Source: Giardia intestinalis (Eukaryota). Taken from it: DNA of 64,000 bases. The DNA is taken from assembly GCA_000002435.2 (NCBI GenBank), contig CM018791.1. The stretch is one strand, 5' to 3'. A program made the translations under genes and the position numbers. Positions 38,211 through 49,700 of this stretch are shown in pieces. The notes under the pieces are model-generated. The model ran no database searches, was not told the DNA's origin, and worked only from the letters and a program-made list of their open reading frames with translations. Within the stretch, counting starts at the first letter, position 1, and the number at the start of each line of letters is the position of its first letter.

Positions 38211-38675
38211 CTAAATTTTTGTTATGCCGGCGGCAGGATTTGAGTGAAGGAGCTCAGCCGGTTGGCTTGGATGCGTTCTTTTGTATAACTCATCGCAGGG
38301 TCATACGGGGCAAGAACCTGTCATCACAGCTTTTAATTTAGTGCGATTCTGGAAGTCGGCAAAAAACGATATTAAATTGGAAATTCAAGTGAAATTTCAC
38401 GTCTGTCCTTTTGGATGATGGGCGTGAGAGACCCACTTTTCTATGTCTTCGTTGCATTCTGAACATTGCGAAGTGCCGTGTCCCGGGGAAGGTCTCGCCT
38501 CCTATTAGCTAGGGCAACCATCTGTGGTGTCCCTAGCATTCCCTGCTTGAGCTAGGGATCATCCAGTCGCTGCTTTGTCGCTCATTCTACCTATCACACG
38601 GACCTGATACTTTGAGATAGAGCGATCATCCTTGTCAGAGGCTGGTATACTGTTGTAGAGTAATCAGATTAATCT

Positions 38676-39137
38676 ATGCAGAAGGTGACCGCTTTTCTTG
38701 ACAACGGAGGCGTGCTGCGGCAGTGCCCTGACAATGCCACCGTTACTCTTGTTGATGCTCTCACTCGTAACGGTAGCCCGGTAGTAGTGGTGCAGACTGA
38801 CGATGGGATTGCGTCCCAGGTGCCACTTCAGAACTGCACACACGCTACTGTGGCTGGTGCTGCGCTCTACCTTTTCGACAAGGACGTCACGCTCTTAGTA
38901 TTACTTTTCCAGTCCCAAGCACAGGCCGCCAAGTTTACTGAGACCGTGGCCAAGCATGTCAAACTTCTGGGGGCAGGGGGGCTCAACATCGAGGAGGCCC
39001 TACACGGAAAGAAGGCCGACTCTGACCTCGACTGCGACCAGGAGACACAAATACTGGGGATACTAAGGGACCCTTCATTTCCGGAATACGTGGACGCTGT
39101 TGAGAAGATTTTGTGCCGTATGATTGTGACCAAGTGA
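38676..39137 (+). CDS. Hypothetical protein (153 aa).
   Basis: ATG behind gtaatcagattaatct. No assignable domain. Confidence 0.45.
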   Translation: MQKVTAFLDNGGVLRQCPDNATVTLVDALTRNGSPVVVVQTDDGIASQVPLQNCTHATVAGAALYLFDKDVTLLVLLFQSQAQAAKFTETVAKHVKLLGAGGLNIEEALHGKKADSDLDCDQETQILGILRDPSFPEYVDAVEKILCRMIVTK

Positions 39138-39237
39138 GGCATCGTATGCTCCAGCATGCTACTGGGCTACTGGGTGCTTTTGGCCGTTCTGGTTATTGTC
39201 TGCTCTCTTCTTTTCCGTCTCTTTACAACTAAAATAA

Positions 39238-40410
39238 ATGACCGATACTTTTCATGCTTTGCAGCAAGCCGAGACAGAACTCCAGTTTCTACAGTCGCAA
39301 ATAGAGTTTGCACAAGCAGATTATCAGCATTTATGGAACTTGATCACCTCCCTGCGCTCGCAACTCGAGCAACACTGTGTGACACCCCTTGCCATAGGAC
39401 AGTTTGTAGAGTTTGCAGACGAAGACTACGCGGTGGTACAAGCGTCTACGAACTTCGGTAACTCTCTTGTGCGAATTAGCAGCTCTGTTGACCGCCTCAA
39501 ACTGAAGCCGATGTCTACCCTGGCCCTGGCCAAAAACTCTCTGGCTCTACTGAAGGTTCTCCCGTCGGACAACGAGATGAATTCCAATGTAATCTCCATT
39601 GAGGCCAAGCCAACGGTCACATACGCAGATATCGGTGGATATGACCAAGCAAAGCTGGAACTTCGAGAAGCAGTCGAGTTTCCATTGAAATCCCCAGAGC
39701 TTTTTGCAGCCCTAAACATACAGCCTCCGAACGCCGTGCTTCTGCACGGGCCTCCAGGCTGTGCTAAGTCTCTCTTGGTGAAAGCATGTGCGAACAGCTG
39801 TGACTGCACTTTCATATCTGTCACCTCCAGCTCATGCGTGAACAAATACTTAGGAGAGGGCCCCCGCACCATCCGTGACATCTACCGGCTTGCCCGTGAG
39901 AATGCGCCGTCAATTATTTTCTTTGACGAGATTGATGCCATAGCCAACAAACGCGGGGACTCGACGACAGAGGGAGACAAGGAGACTGCTCGCATCCTGA
40001 TGGAGTTGCTCACCAATCTAGATGGATTTGACAACGATTCCAACCTTAATAACGGCAAGATTGTTAAGACGATCTTCGCCACCAACAAGCCCGAGATGCT
40101 CGACCCTGCCCTTCTTCGAACTGGCCGAGCAGACCGGAAGATTTTCATGGACTACCCCACGAAGCGGGATAAGCGATTGATCTTCCAGACGTGTTCTAAG
40201 GACATGAAATTGGCCAACGATGTAGACTTTGAGATCTTCGTCATGCGGGGAGAGAAAATCTCCGGTGCCGAGATAGCCTCCATCTGCACAGAGGCCGGGA
40301 TGTCTGCCATTCGCGCTAATAGATACACAGTTAACATGGCCGACTTTGAGAAAGCATACTCTATTGTAGTTTCCAAGAGACAGTCTGCTAATAGACAGAT
40401 CTTTGAGTAA
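39238..40410 (+). CDS. 26S proteasome regulatory AAA-ATPase subunit (Rpt family).
   Basis: N-terminal coiled coil, then an OB-like segment, then an AAA module with Walker A GPPGCAKS (divergent), Walker B IIFFDEIDA, the arginine-finger region and a C-terminal helical lid. ATG behind ctttacaactaaaataaATG. Confidence 0.85.
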   Translation: MTDTFHALQQAETELQFLQSQIEFAQADYQHLWNLITSLRSQLEQHCVTPLAIGQFVEFADEDYAVVQASTNFGNSLVRISSSVDRLKLKPMSTLALAKNSLALLKVLPSDNEMNSNVISIEAKPTVTYADIGGYDQAKLELREAVEFPLKSPELFAALNIQPPNAVLLHGPPGCAKSLLVKACANSCDCTFISVTSSSCVNKYLGEGPRTIRDIYRLARENAPSIIFFDEIDAIANKRGDSTTEGDKETARILMELLTNLDGFDNDSNLNNGKIVKTIFATNKPEMLDPALLRTGRADRKIFMDYPTKRDKRLIFQTCSKDMKLANDVDFEIFVMRGEKISGAEIASICTEAGMSAIRANRYTVNMADFEKAYSIVVSKRQSANRQIFE

Positions 40411-40524
40411 ATGCCTCCTGGCCTCTGCTGTGTCTTTATACTTGTGTGCATATGCATGTAGACGGGCACTGGAGTGGATCTCTGAAGATTTTAAAGACTG
40501 AAAAGCTTCAGAAGAAGAAGGAAA

Positions 40525-40986
40525 ATGGAGCAAAATCAGAACTTGTGTGTCCAGACATTTCACATTCTAGACAAGGATGGAGATAACCGCATTTCTATGG
40601 AGGATTTAGAAGCATTTCTTTGCACGCTCTATGATGAGGGGGCAGTTGCAGAGGTTAACATTAGAGCCATTATTGAGAGCCTGATCAGCACGCGGGAACC
40701 GGCGCTTGACTACGTAGAACTGTTAGACTTCATTCGTGAGAATGGCTTGCTTCACGGTCATCAATCAAAGACACAGATGACACGGGCCATTCAGCGTCTC
40801 CAGGGCACGCGCTTCTCCTTCAGCACAGCCGATCTAGAGTCAAAGATGCTTGACTTAGGATTTGAGATAACGCAACAGGAGATCGACGATGTTCTGGAAA
40901 CATTCACAGGAGCGAAGGACGGAGAGGTTACCGGGGATATGTTGGCGCACCTGTTCTCTCAGCTGTGCGCATCCGACCTGGTCTAG
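40525..40986 (+). CDS. EF-hand calcium-binding protein (calmodulin/light-chain-like, 153 aa).
   Basis: Canonical EF loop DKDGDNRISMED near the N-terminus, four helix-loop-helix-sized units, and an acidic C-terminal half. Confidence 0.6.
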   Translation: MEQNQNLCVQTFHILDKDGDNRISMEDLEAFLCTLYDEGAVAEVNIRAIIESLISTREPALDYVELLDFIRENGLLHGHQSKTQMTRAIQRLQGTRFSFSTADLESKMLDLGFEITQQEIDDVLETFTGAKDGEVTGDMLAHLFSQLCASDLV

Positions 40987-41023
40987 CAGTCTTCCACGAG
41001 TATAGAATAAACGTAATGCTAGT

Positions 41024-42133
<1,110 letters not shown>

Positions 42134-43297
42134 ATGCTTTTTCTATTCCTGATTGACTTGTTCATAGCCTCTGCTTCTGAGTGTGAAAATGCTAGTGATT
42201 GTGAAAAGTGCCTTACCGAGTGCTACAAGACACACTTTTGGTGCGTCGATGATAATACGTGCCGTCCATTAACTAGCACCGGAGCTGACCTCGACGACAG
42301 TAGCGCTCCATTTGGTACATGCAGATTTTATGAATCTCACGATCTTATCTTCAATGCAACGGAGTGCTGCTCCACGAAGCCCGATTACACTAGTTGTACA
42401 AAAGGTTCATTAGTATCGTATTGCCAGTGGTGCCCGACATCGTCTCATGGCACACCACAGTGCCTCTATAAGTATGATACGACTCACAAGGCTATGGTGT
42501 GCGATGTCCCTCCAGAGTCGTTTGCCAAGTGCTCGGGATTCACGTCCTGCACGGACTGCACAAATAACCTATTGTGTGTCTGGTGTGAAGAGAATGGATC
42601 CTGTATCCCCAAGGACTCTCAAGAGGATCCGCAGTCAAGTTATTACTGCAAAACAACTACGGACAATTGCTGTTTTGACAGAAGAACGTGCGAGGAATGC
42701 TCCAATGACTCTGGGCCCTTCGACCATCAAGTGTGTGTTTGGTGTAACGAAGAGAAACAATGCAAGACGCTTGCTGCCGCTTTGACAACGTGCAACTCGA
42801 CCAACAGGCTGGGAGTGAGGTACTGTGAAGACAGGTGCTACTCCAGGTCTTCCAGCTGTTCGCACTGCGTAGCAGATCTTGGCTGCATCTGGATTAGTAA
42901 TCTACACTGGACGCAGTCTATCGGAGTCCCTAAAGACCTCACCGAGCTCTGCACAGCTGGATCCCTTTCTGGCCCCAAAAGCAAAATCATCAATTACCAA
43001 TCTAGCAGCACTGGTCGCTATGAATTCGTGGTGCAAGAGTTCTACCATATGAATTGTTCACTTAAGTCGTCCTCCTTAATTACTTTGATATCTGTTCTGG
43101 TGGTGTCCATCGTAGCACTCATCATCATTATCTTAGTTATTACCACAATAGTAAAGCGTCTAAAGTACGCCAAGGCACTCAAGAATGCACGCGAGGAAGC
43201 GGCTATCATCCCCCAGGACAACGATGGACAAGAGGACAGCGATGAGGCAGAGCGTAATGAGATAGCCCGATTAGTTAAGCCGGTGTCCTGGGAATAA
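42134..43297 (+). CDS. High-cysteine membrane protein (HCMP-like type I membrane protein). Not a canonical VSP.
   Basis: Signal peptide MLFLFLIDLFIASASE; a roughly 300-aa ectodomain with more than 40 Cys in CxxC/CxC arrays (CEKCLTEC, CTDCTNNLLCVWCEENGSC, CEECSNDSG); TM helix LITLISVLVVSIVALIIIILVITTIV; a roughly 55-aa acidic cytoplasmic tail. It lacks the VSP CRGKA tail and GGCY motif. Confidence 0.8.
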   Translation: MLFLFLIDLFIASASECENASDCEKCLTECYKTHFWCVDDNTCRPLTSTGADLDDSSAPFGTCRFYESHDLIFNATECCSTKPDYTSCTKGSLVSYCQWCPTSSHGTPQCLYKYDTTHKAMVCDVPPESFAKCSGFTSCTDCTNNLLCVWCEENGSCIPKDSQEDPQSSYYCKTTTDNCCFDRRTCEECSNDSGPFDHQVCVWCNEEKQCKTLAAALTTCNSTNRLGVRYCEDRCYSRSSSCSHCVADLGCIWISNLHWTQSIGVPKDLTELCTAGSLSGPKSKIINYQSSSTGRYEFVVQEFYHMNCSLKSSSLITLISVLVVSIVALIIIILVITTIVKRLKYAKALKNAREEAAIIPQDNDGQEDSDEAERNEIARLVKPVSWE

Positions 43298-43391
43298 ACT
43301 GTTTAATAAGCTACTTAGTAAACCTGTTGTAACACTTAATGTACCTCTTAGTCGTGGTCGATTTGCGGACCCGAGTTTGAGTTTGGTAAAA

Positions 43392-46322
43392 ATGTCCATA
43401 ACGAGGCTGACACGGCCACTTATCGAGAGTGTGGCCAAGACTGTTAAACCGTATGGAGACGTGGTAGAGCTCGATTTTCAGCGTAACAATATAGACCTAC
43501 TCGAAAATCTGCAGCCCCTTTCTCTCACGGAATTGGCCATACTGAACTTGTCCTACAATAGGCTTCAGACGCTCCAGAACCTTGTGCCAATAGCTACTCT
43601 CAAAGAGCTAAAAGTAAGCGCCAACTCCCTCGTCAGTATTAACACAGCACTTCCCTTTCCAAGGCTTCAACTCCTCGATTTATCAGAAAATAAAATCTAC
43701 CAAATAACAGCAGAACTCCCAGAAAGCCTGTTAGAATTGGATCTTCGAAGCAATCTAATATGTACGTTTGAAAGCGTAGCCCCTATCTTTAAATTACATA
43801 ACCTTACCGTATTGGACTTACGACAAAATCCAATCGTCGACAAGTACATAAGTAACGAGGCATTCTACACATACGTCACGAAGTTCCTTCCCAAGCTAGA
43901 CACCCTGAACGGCGAGCCAATAGCCGCCTTCCGACAAGCTGCCATTTCTCAGATGCAGCTCTCTAAAGCAGAAAGTAGAGTAGATAGATCCAATGCTATT
44001 TACGATTTGACTGAATCGCGCGTAGCTGGAGTCGTCTCTGCAATATCTCAGGCATCACAGGTTGACAGTCGGTCGGAAGTGCAGGGCAGTGGACAAGCCA
44101 GGTCCCATCAGCCAACTTCTGTACGTGCCTCTTCTGTTCAGCAGCAAGATCCTGGCATTAACATTAAAATATATTCAAACTATTACGACAAAGGGGGACC
44201 TCAGTCAAACAAGGGGCAAATTACAGACTCTCAGCGCATGGTTAATGAGCACGTTATTCTATTTCGAAGTCCGTCCAATAGAAGGTTATCATACAGCCAG
44301 GTTAACCCTTCTAATCCTCCAGAGAAAATAGCTCGCGCCATATCACAAGAGCGACTGGTCACTACTGAAAGTCTTGCGACAAATACTATAGTCCTGCAAC
44401 AAGAAGCAGGTCAGCAAGGTGTCCACCACAAATATAGGGCATCGACAGACGATTATAACATGGTAGCTTCCTCCAGGGCTTCTGAAGCGCAACAAAATCG
44501 ACAGGGCATAGCTCCAATCGCTGTCCAGAGGTCCCGAAGCTTTCGAGCAACTGGTGAATCTACCATTCGGGAAGTGCAGGCTACAGAGCCACTTCTTTTG
44601 CCACATTCACACCCGACCGTTCACACTGAGGCACAAAGTTTGTCATCTCAGAATAAATCTACAATAATGTACGAACAAGTTCCTGGAACTTATCAGAGTA
44701 CTGACACAGATATGAGGAGCACCCACGTTGAGAAATCTGACACGGCACTCGTCACACAGCTACGCCGGAAGTGCATGGAGCAAGAACTTGAGATACATCG
44801 GCTCAATCTGGAGCTTAACGCAGCGTCGGAGATCCTTGGAGATAAGGGGGTTATTCCTGGTCTATTAAGTCGGGATACTACCGTTACAATGGCTAGTAAG
44901 CTGCGCAATGAAGGAAAGTTATTCATCCCTACTATTTCTGGGCCGAACGAATATGCTAAGCTTCTTTCTCAAAGTGACTTTTCAGAGATAGCATTACTCA
45001 AGGCACAAGTACAATCCCTCGAGGAAAGCATATGTGCCTTAGAGAACGACTCTATAGTAACCTATCCTCATCCAGAAGCAGAGAGACCTGGACAAAGCTC
45101 GCTTCCTATCGCACTATATTCATATAGACGCAAGCTTTTCCACACCATCCTCGCGGGAACACGTCAGGCTAAAGAAGCTAAGAGCAAAATTGCTGAACTG
45201 CAAAAGACAACACTGGCACTCACAAAGCAGGTCAAGGAGAAGGAGGAGCTCGAGCAAGAAGCAGATGCCAAGACTCGTCTCCAGAAGGTACAGCTCAAGG
45301 ATGCTGAGCTCCGCAAGGAGGCAAAGCAGAAGACAATAGAAATGTTGTCGACTGAGCTGAGTCAATATCACAGTATGTTTGAGGTACTGTCCGAGTTACA
45401 TGCTGGGGGAGATAACGGACTGGTTTCCTTCCTCCAGCAGAACTCCGTACTGACCGTTGTAGAAATGGTCGAAAGAGCGCTTGAACTAAGCCGGGAGAAG
45501 ATTCATAATGTTGACCAGTCTGTACAGGCCATCACGACAATCATTAGTCGTCAGAAACTTCGCATCGAAGCCTTGACAGACAAGCTTGATGATTATGAAC
45601 ATAAGTATTCAGCCCTTCTGTCAGAGCATGAAGATCTGATGTCTCGATATGATGCACTAAAAGACACCTACAAGAGCTTGCAGCTCGAGAAAATAAAGTT
45701 AGAGGCAGACTCCCTGGATAATAGTGCACGGAGAAGACCTCCATGTGCAAATTTTGCAGTGCAGGTGAGGCCCAGATCTGATTTCGCTGCAGAGGTAAGT
45801 AAGCACCCTGCTACGTTAGAGGATGTACATACCTTGAGTGATAGAGCAAGCGTTACAGACATGCAGGTAGCACACGAGCTTCCACCAAGCCCATCCGTTT
45901 ATATTGGGCCAGGAAGAAGCGTGCAGCAACCAGAGTCATCCCCCAAGACAATCTCGTCCACCTCTCGTGCACCGACCATCTCTGCAGCTATGGTAGCATC
46001 ACAGATCACCAGATCAATGATGCAGAACTCTCATCAGTCGGCTGGTGACTCAATAAAATCTCCAGCAAGGCATTCAGCGCCCACTCATCAAGAGCCCCTT
46101 CCTGACAGTATAGTTTCAACCGTGGAGCTGAATACTAATGGGAAGCTACAGCCGCCACAGTCTGATGAAGATTTGTTTGACATGAAAATGGCAGAGAGAA
46201 AGCAGCTTGCGGCGGAGATGAAGGAATTACAAAGCATGACCATCCCAAGAAGTTCGTCCTCCAATCGAAAACGTGCAGAAAAGATCATGGGGATGTTATC
46301 AAAGCTGGACTCGTTAATGTAA
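43392..46322 (+). CDS. Leucine-rich-repeat plus coiled-coil protein, paralog of 25970..30199.
   Basis: LRRs (LDFQRNNIDLLENL, LNLSYNRLQTLQNL, LKVSANSLVSI, LDLSENKIYQI, LDLRSNLICTF, LDLRQNPIV) are followed by a Ser/Gln-rich linker and then coiled coil. It shares YRRKLFH with the paralog. The track start is TTG. I used the ATG at 43392 (MSITRLTRP) behind ggtaaaaATG. Confidence 0.85.
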   Translation: MSITRLTRPLIESVAKTVKPYGDVVELDFQRNNIDLLENLQPLSLTELAILNLSYNRLQTLQNLVPIATLKELKVSANSLVSINTALPFPRLQLLDLSENKIYQITAELPESLLELDLRSNLICTFESVAPIFKLHNLTVLDLRQNPIVDKYISNEAFYTYVTKFLPKLDTLNGEPIAAFRQAAISQMQLSKAESRVDRSNAIYDLTESRVAGVVSAISQASQVDSRSEVQGSGQARSHQPTSVRASSVQQQDPGINIKIYSNYYDKGGPQSNKGQITDSQRMVNEHVILFRSPSNRRLSYSQVNPSNPPEKIARAISQERLVTTESLATNTIVLQQEAGQQGVHHKYRASTDDYNMVASSRASEAQQNRQGIAPIAVQRSRSFRATGESTIREVQATEPLLLPHSHPTVHTEAQSLSSQNKSTIMYEQVPGTYQSTDTDMRSTHVEKSDTALVTQLRRKCMEQELEIHRLNLELNAASEILGDKGVIPGLLSRDTTVTMASKLRNEGKLFIPTISGPNEYAKLLSQSDFSEIALLKAQVQSLEESICALENDSIVTYPHPEAERPGQSSLPIALYSYRRKLFHTILAGTRQAKEAKSKIAELQKTTLALTKQVKEKEELEQEADAKTRLQKVQLKDAELRKEAKQKTIEMLSTELSQYHSMFEVLSELHAGGDNGLVSFLQQNSVLTVVEMVERALELSREKIHNVDQSVQAITTIISRQKLRIEALTDKLDDYEHKYSALLSEHEDLMSRYDALKDTYKSLQLEKIKLEADSLDNSARRRPPCANFAVQVRPRSDFAAEVSKHPATLEDVHTLSDRASVTDMQVAHELPPSPSVYIGPGRSVQQPESSPKTISSTSRAPTISAAMVASQITRSMMQNSHQSAGDSIKSPARHSAPTHQEPLPDSIVSTVELNTNGKLQPPQSDEDLFDMKMAERKQLAAEMKELQSMTIPRSSSSNRKRAEKIMGMLSKLDSLM

Positions 46323-46789
46323 ATGCTTTCCCCATCTTGAAAAGCCGCTCTTTGTGCATGCAGCCATGGTCTCCAGAGGTGATCGAAGATGGCGCTGTGA
46401 CCGATGAGGGTGACTAATAGGATGGCAGTGAGCTGTACTTTTCTAGCACATCGAGGGCTTGTCTGCATGCATATTGCTGTTATTGAGCCAGTGCTTAAGT
46501 TGACAAGTGTTTATTCTTGCTTCAGGAATCTAATAACTGGTAGGGCTTCCCCATGAGCCTGTTCAAGTAGTTAATATAAAACGATGGACTGAAGGTTCTA
46601 ACCGTACTCTAACGGCAAACTGAATACTAAAATGGGGACAGACTCTAAGGAACTCTAGAACAAAATTGGTTGCTTTTGATAGTGATCTCAATTAGTCAAC
46701 TAGCTGCCTAGGGCATAAGAGAGCCGGTTCACCTTTAAAGGAGCTCTCTGAATTGCTGCGATTCAAAAAAGGTTGAGAAGAAACAAGAT

Positions 46790-49700
46790 ATGTCTCCTGT
46801 GACAACTGAGTTGTGGGGGCGTACTGTCCATTATGTGTCTGATGCGCATACAAACCATATCTTATCAAGAAGCAATGGCTACGAGGGGCACCATCACAAG
46901 CCCCCTGCCTCTGTCCGTGCCCTACTACAGGATATTTCAGGTTTACCACGGTACAGCAACTACCTCTTTTTAGAGGGGGCCGATTCTACTGCCACGCATG
47001 GGAAGGTCTCTAGCCTAACACGGCTCTATGTCCCTATTATCAATCGCCCCTACTCCGTCGTGGGACCGACCAATGTTGCTACTGATCGGCTGGGAATAAC
47101 TGACGCATCGTTCTTTAACGAGACTATCAGGGTCTCGAATTCGTTTGGGCCACGGGCTCGGGGCTGGAAGTGCGCCAGCAGCCCCACCAGCGATGTTGCT
47201 ATTTGCATATGTCCTGCGCTCACATTCCGAAGATATCTAAAGCAGAAGGGTAGAGATACAAAGTCTTTGCTTGATTATTTAAAGGCTACCAGCTCTGACT
47301 CCCTTCTCTGCTTTAATACAACAACAATGGAACTGACACACTCTCTCCCACTAGCGAGCATAAATAATATTGGGCCGTGTAGTGATATCTCTCCCATTCC
47401 CTTTGAGATTGCTGCTACGTATCTATATTCATTCATGGACCTGGCGCCTGCCTCTGCATCAAATAAGAGTGCCGGGACCTTCCCGCCAGGGACATATGCA
47501 GCTTTGCTGACTTGCTGCGACAGCAGAATCTATCTTGTTATTGTTGCAAACTATAAGCTCAAGTATATTCAGCTATTTACTGTCCTTCAGCCAGTCCCCA
47601 ACCTTTTTGCGTCGTCCATAACAGCTCTGTCTGTGCAGCTATTGTCAGCAAGTAACTCAAACTCTGAGGTCCCGCGCCTTTTACTTCTCGCCAGCGGACC
47701 ACTTGCTTTGGCAACCCCGCAGCCAGCGATTGTGGGTCTACTTAGCGGTGTAAAGGCCAACACGCGGCCTCCACCTGTTGTATGTGCATATACTGTGCAC
47801 TTTGCAATAGATGCTAGCTCACTGCCTCACGTTACCACAAGTGTCTCATTGGTAGCATCTTCGTTTATGGATCTCCTTAGCGTGGCCATACAAAAAGGAA
47901 AGGGATCTTTAGCGCAGATCCCTACACCGCTGCGAGTAGTGAAAAACGGCAAGGGGCCAGAAATCATTCTGGCTGGGCAATACAGGTTGTTCCTCAAGCC
48001 TCTTTACTTGAGACGGAATGGGCCGAAAACAACCCAAGTGGCCCGAGAAATTGCCGAGAGTGCTGTTGCAGATGTCTCTGGGATTTCTGTCGCGGCCTCT
48101 ATAGATGCCAAGTCTATAACAGGGTCTGTGACAAGTAACTTGGTTCCGTATCGCGCTGAAATGGTGCGCGCCTTTGGACGCAATCTCTGGTACTTCCGCC
48201 GTTCCTTCGAGGACGCATCGTCCTGTGCTAAGAGATCCTTGTTACCTGATCCTCGCACCTTAACTGTGTCGGCGCGGTTTCTACTTATAGATTGGCTGCT
48301 ACTGATTGTCTATATTATTGGATTGCTTGCATACGGTTTTTATGGGATTCTGATCAAGGTACTTGCACGAACCGAGAAGCTTACTATTAAAGTCAACAGG
48401 CGCGAAACACGAGGGTCATATGCTGTTCCTGTTTGTGTTCATCCATTGCTCTTTAATAGGCCTGGTGGGGCCTACCATTGCCTCATCTTTCTATCAGATG
48501 AGTCGGTTATAGGAGCCAAAACGGTCACTTTTCTCCTTGATCACTGTCATAACAGCGCTCCAGACACTGGGGTCAAGCTTCTACAACTTTACTTGCTCGA
48601 TAGATCGACCCTCCAGTTGCCTAAGAACACTCACATTACAAGTTTAAGCACCAGACCAATTTTGCTTCACAATGATTTCAAGACTACCATTTGTTCGGAA
48701 AAGCCACCAGAGTATGTCTGCCCCCAATTACTCTACATAAAACAGGATCAACCAGGGGATCAATCTGCGAAGAACCGGCTCCTATCCGAGATGCCAGAGG
48801 AGCTTTCATCTGCAATCAAATGTGCAAGCAGCCACCTCTGCGAAAGCATTGGAAACTTCGATTATCGAAAGACACACACCCTTCTGGACCAGGCTACAGA
48901 GCAATTGGCTGTCAAAGCGTCGTCCTCTTACTTATACTGTTCGTCTGTGCAACGCTCTTCTTTGAACAGGACATCATCAAGTGTGCGATCTTTGCATAGT
49001 ACCACCGTGGACTCTACATTTGGGGCACTTGATGCTTCCACAGGAACTACTCCATTACTCTACTTGTGTATGTTTTCCTACTCGTCAAATGTCTTCCAGT
49101 TGAACATTTATACAGTTGATAACGGTATTTCGTGTTGTTATAGCCTGCCTATTTCTTTAGAAGCCATCGAAAGCAGCCTGAAGAATCTTGATGCCCTGCC
49201 CTCGTTCGCTGACACCGCCGATTATTCTGAGCTTTGCCAGGCCGGGCACCTTATGGAAATGGCCAGTCAAACAATCTCATTGAGTAGCAAAGAGGTGTCC
49301 ACCTCTGTCGTTGCCTTCCATGACTCGTGCGCAGACGATACGGGAGATTCTGATGTTGACCAGACACCGGGAAAGAAGCTTGAGGCAGTTGTTTTAAACC
49401 GAAGCGAAACCTGTCGCTTGAGTCGAGCATCGCGCATCCGCAGATCACAGATGATCGAGCGGCCTCTCGTGATTTGCGCCGGCACTTGTTCACGCCAAAC
49501 TCGGGAAGACACAGTACGTGGTATCGGCTCTTATTTGATTGACTATTGTGACTTAGCTGACGGTCCTTCAAAGACTGCTGTTTCTGAGTGTCAAAGTCCG
49601 GGAAATGCAGCGGCTCATAGCCCGTGGCGACAGCCCCAGTCGGATTCATATAGAGTGCTTCACTTACCAACGGTCAGGGATGACGCAGCTTTATCCTTTT

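Noticed and set aside
42134-43297. Variant-specific surface protein (VSP) call for the cysteine-rich membrane protein.
   Set aside because: The cytoplasmic tail is long and acidic and lacks the invariant CRGKA terminus. No GGCY motif is present. It is better described as HCMP.
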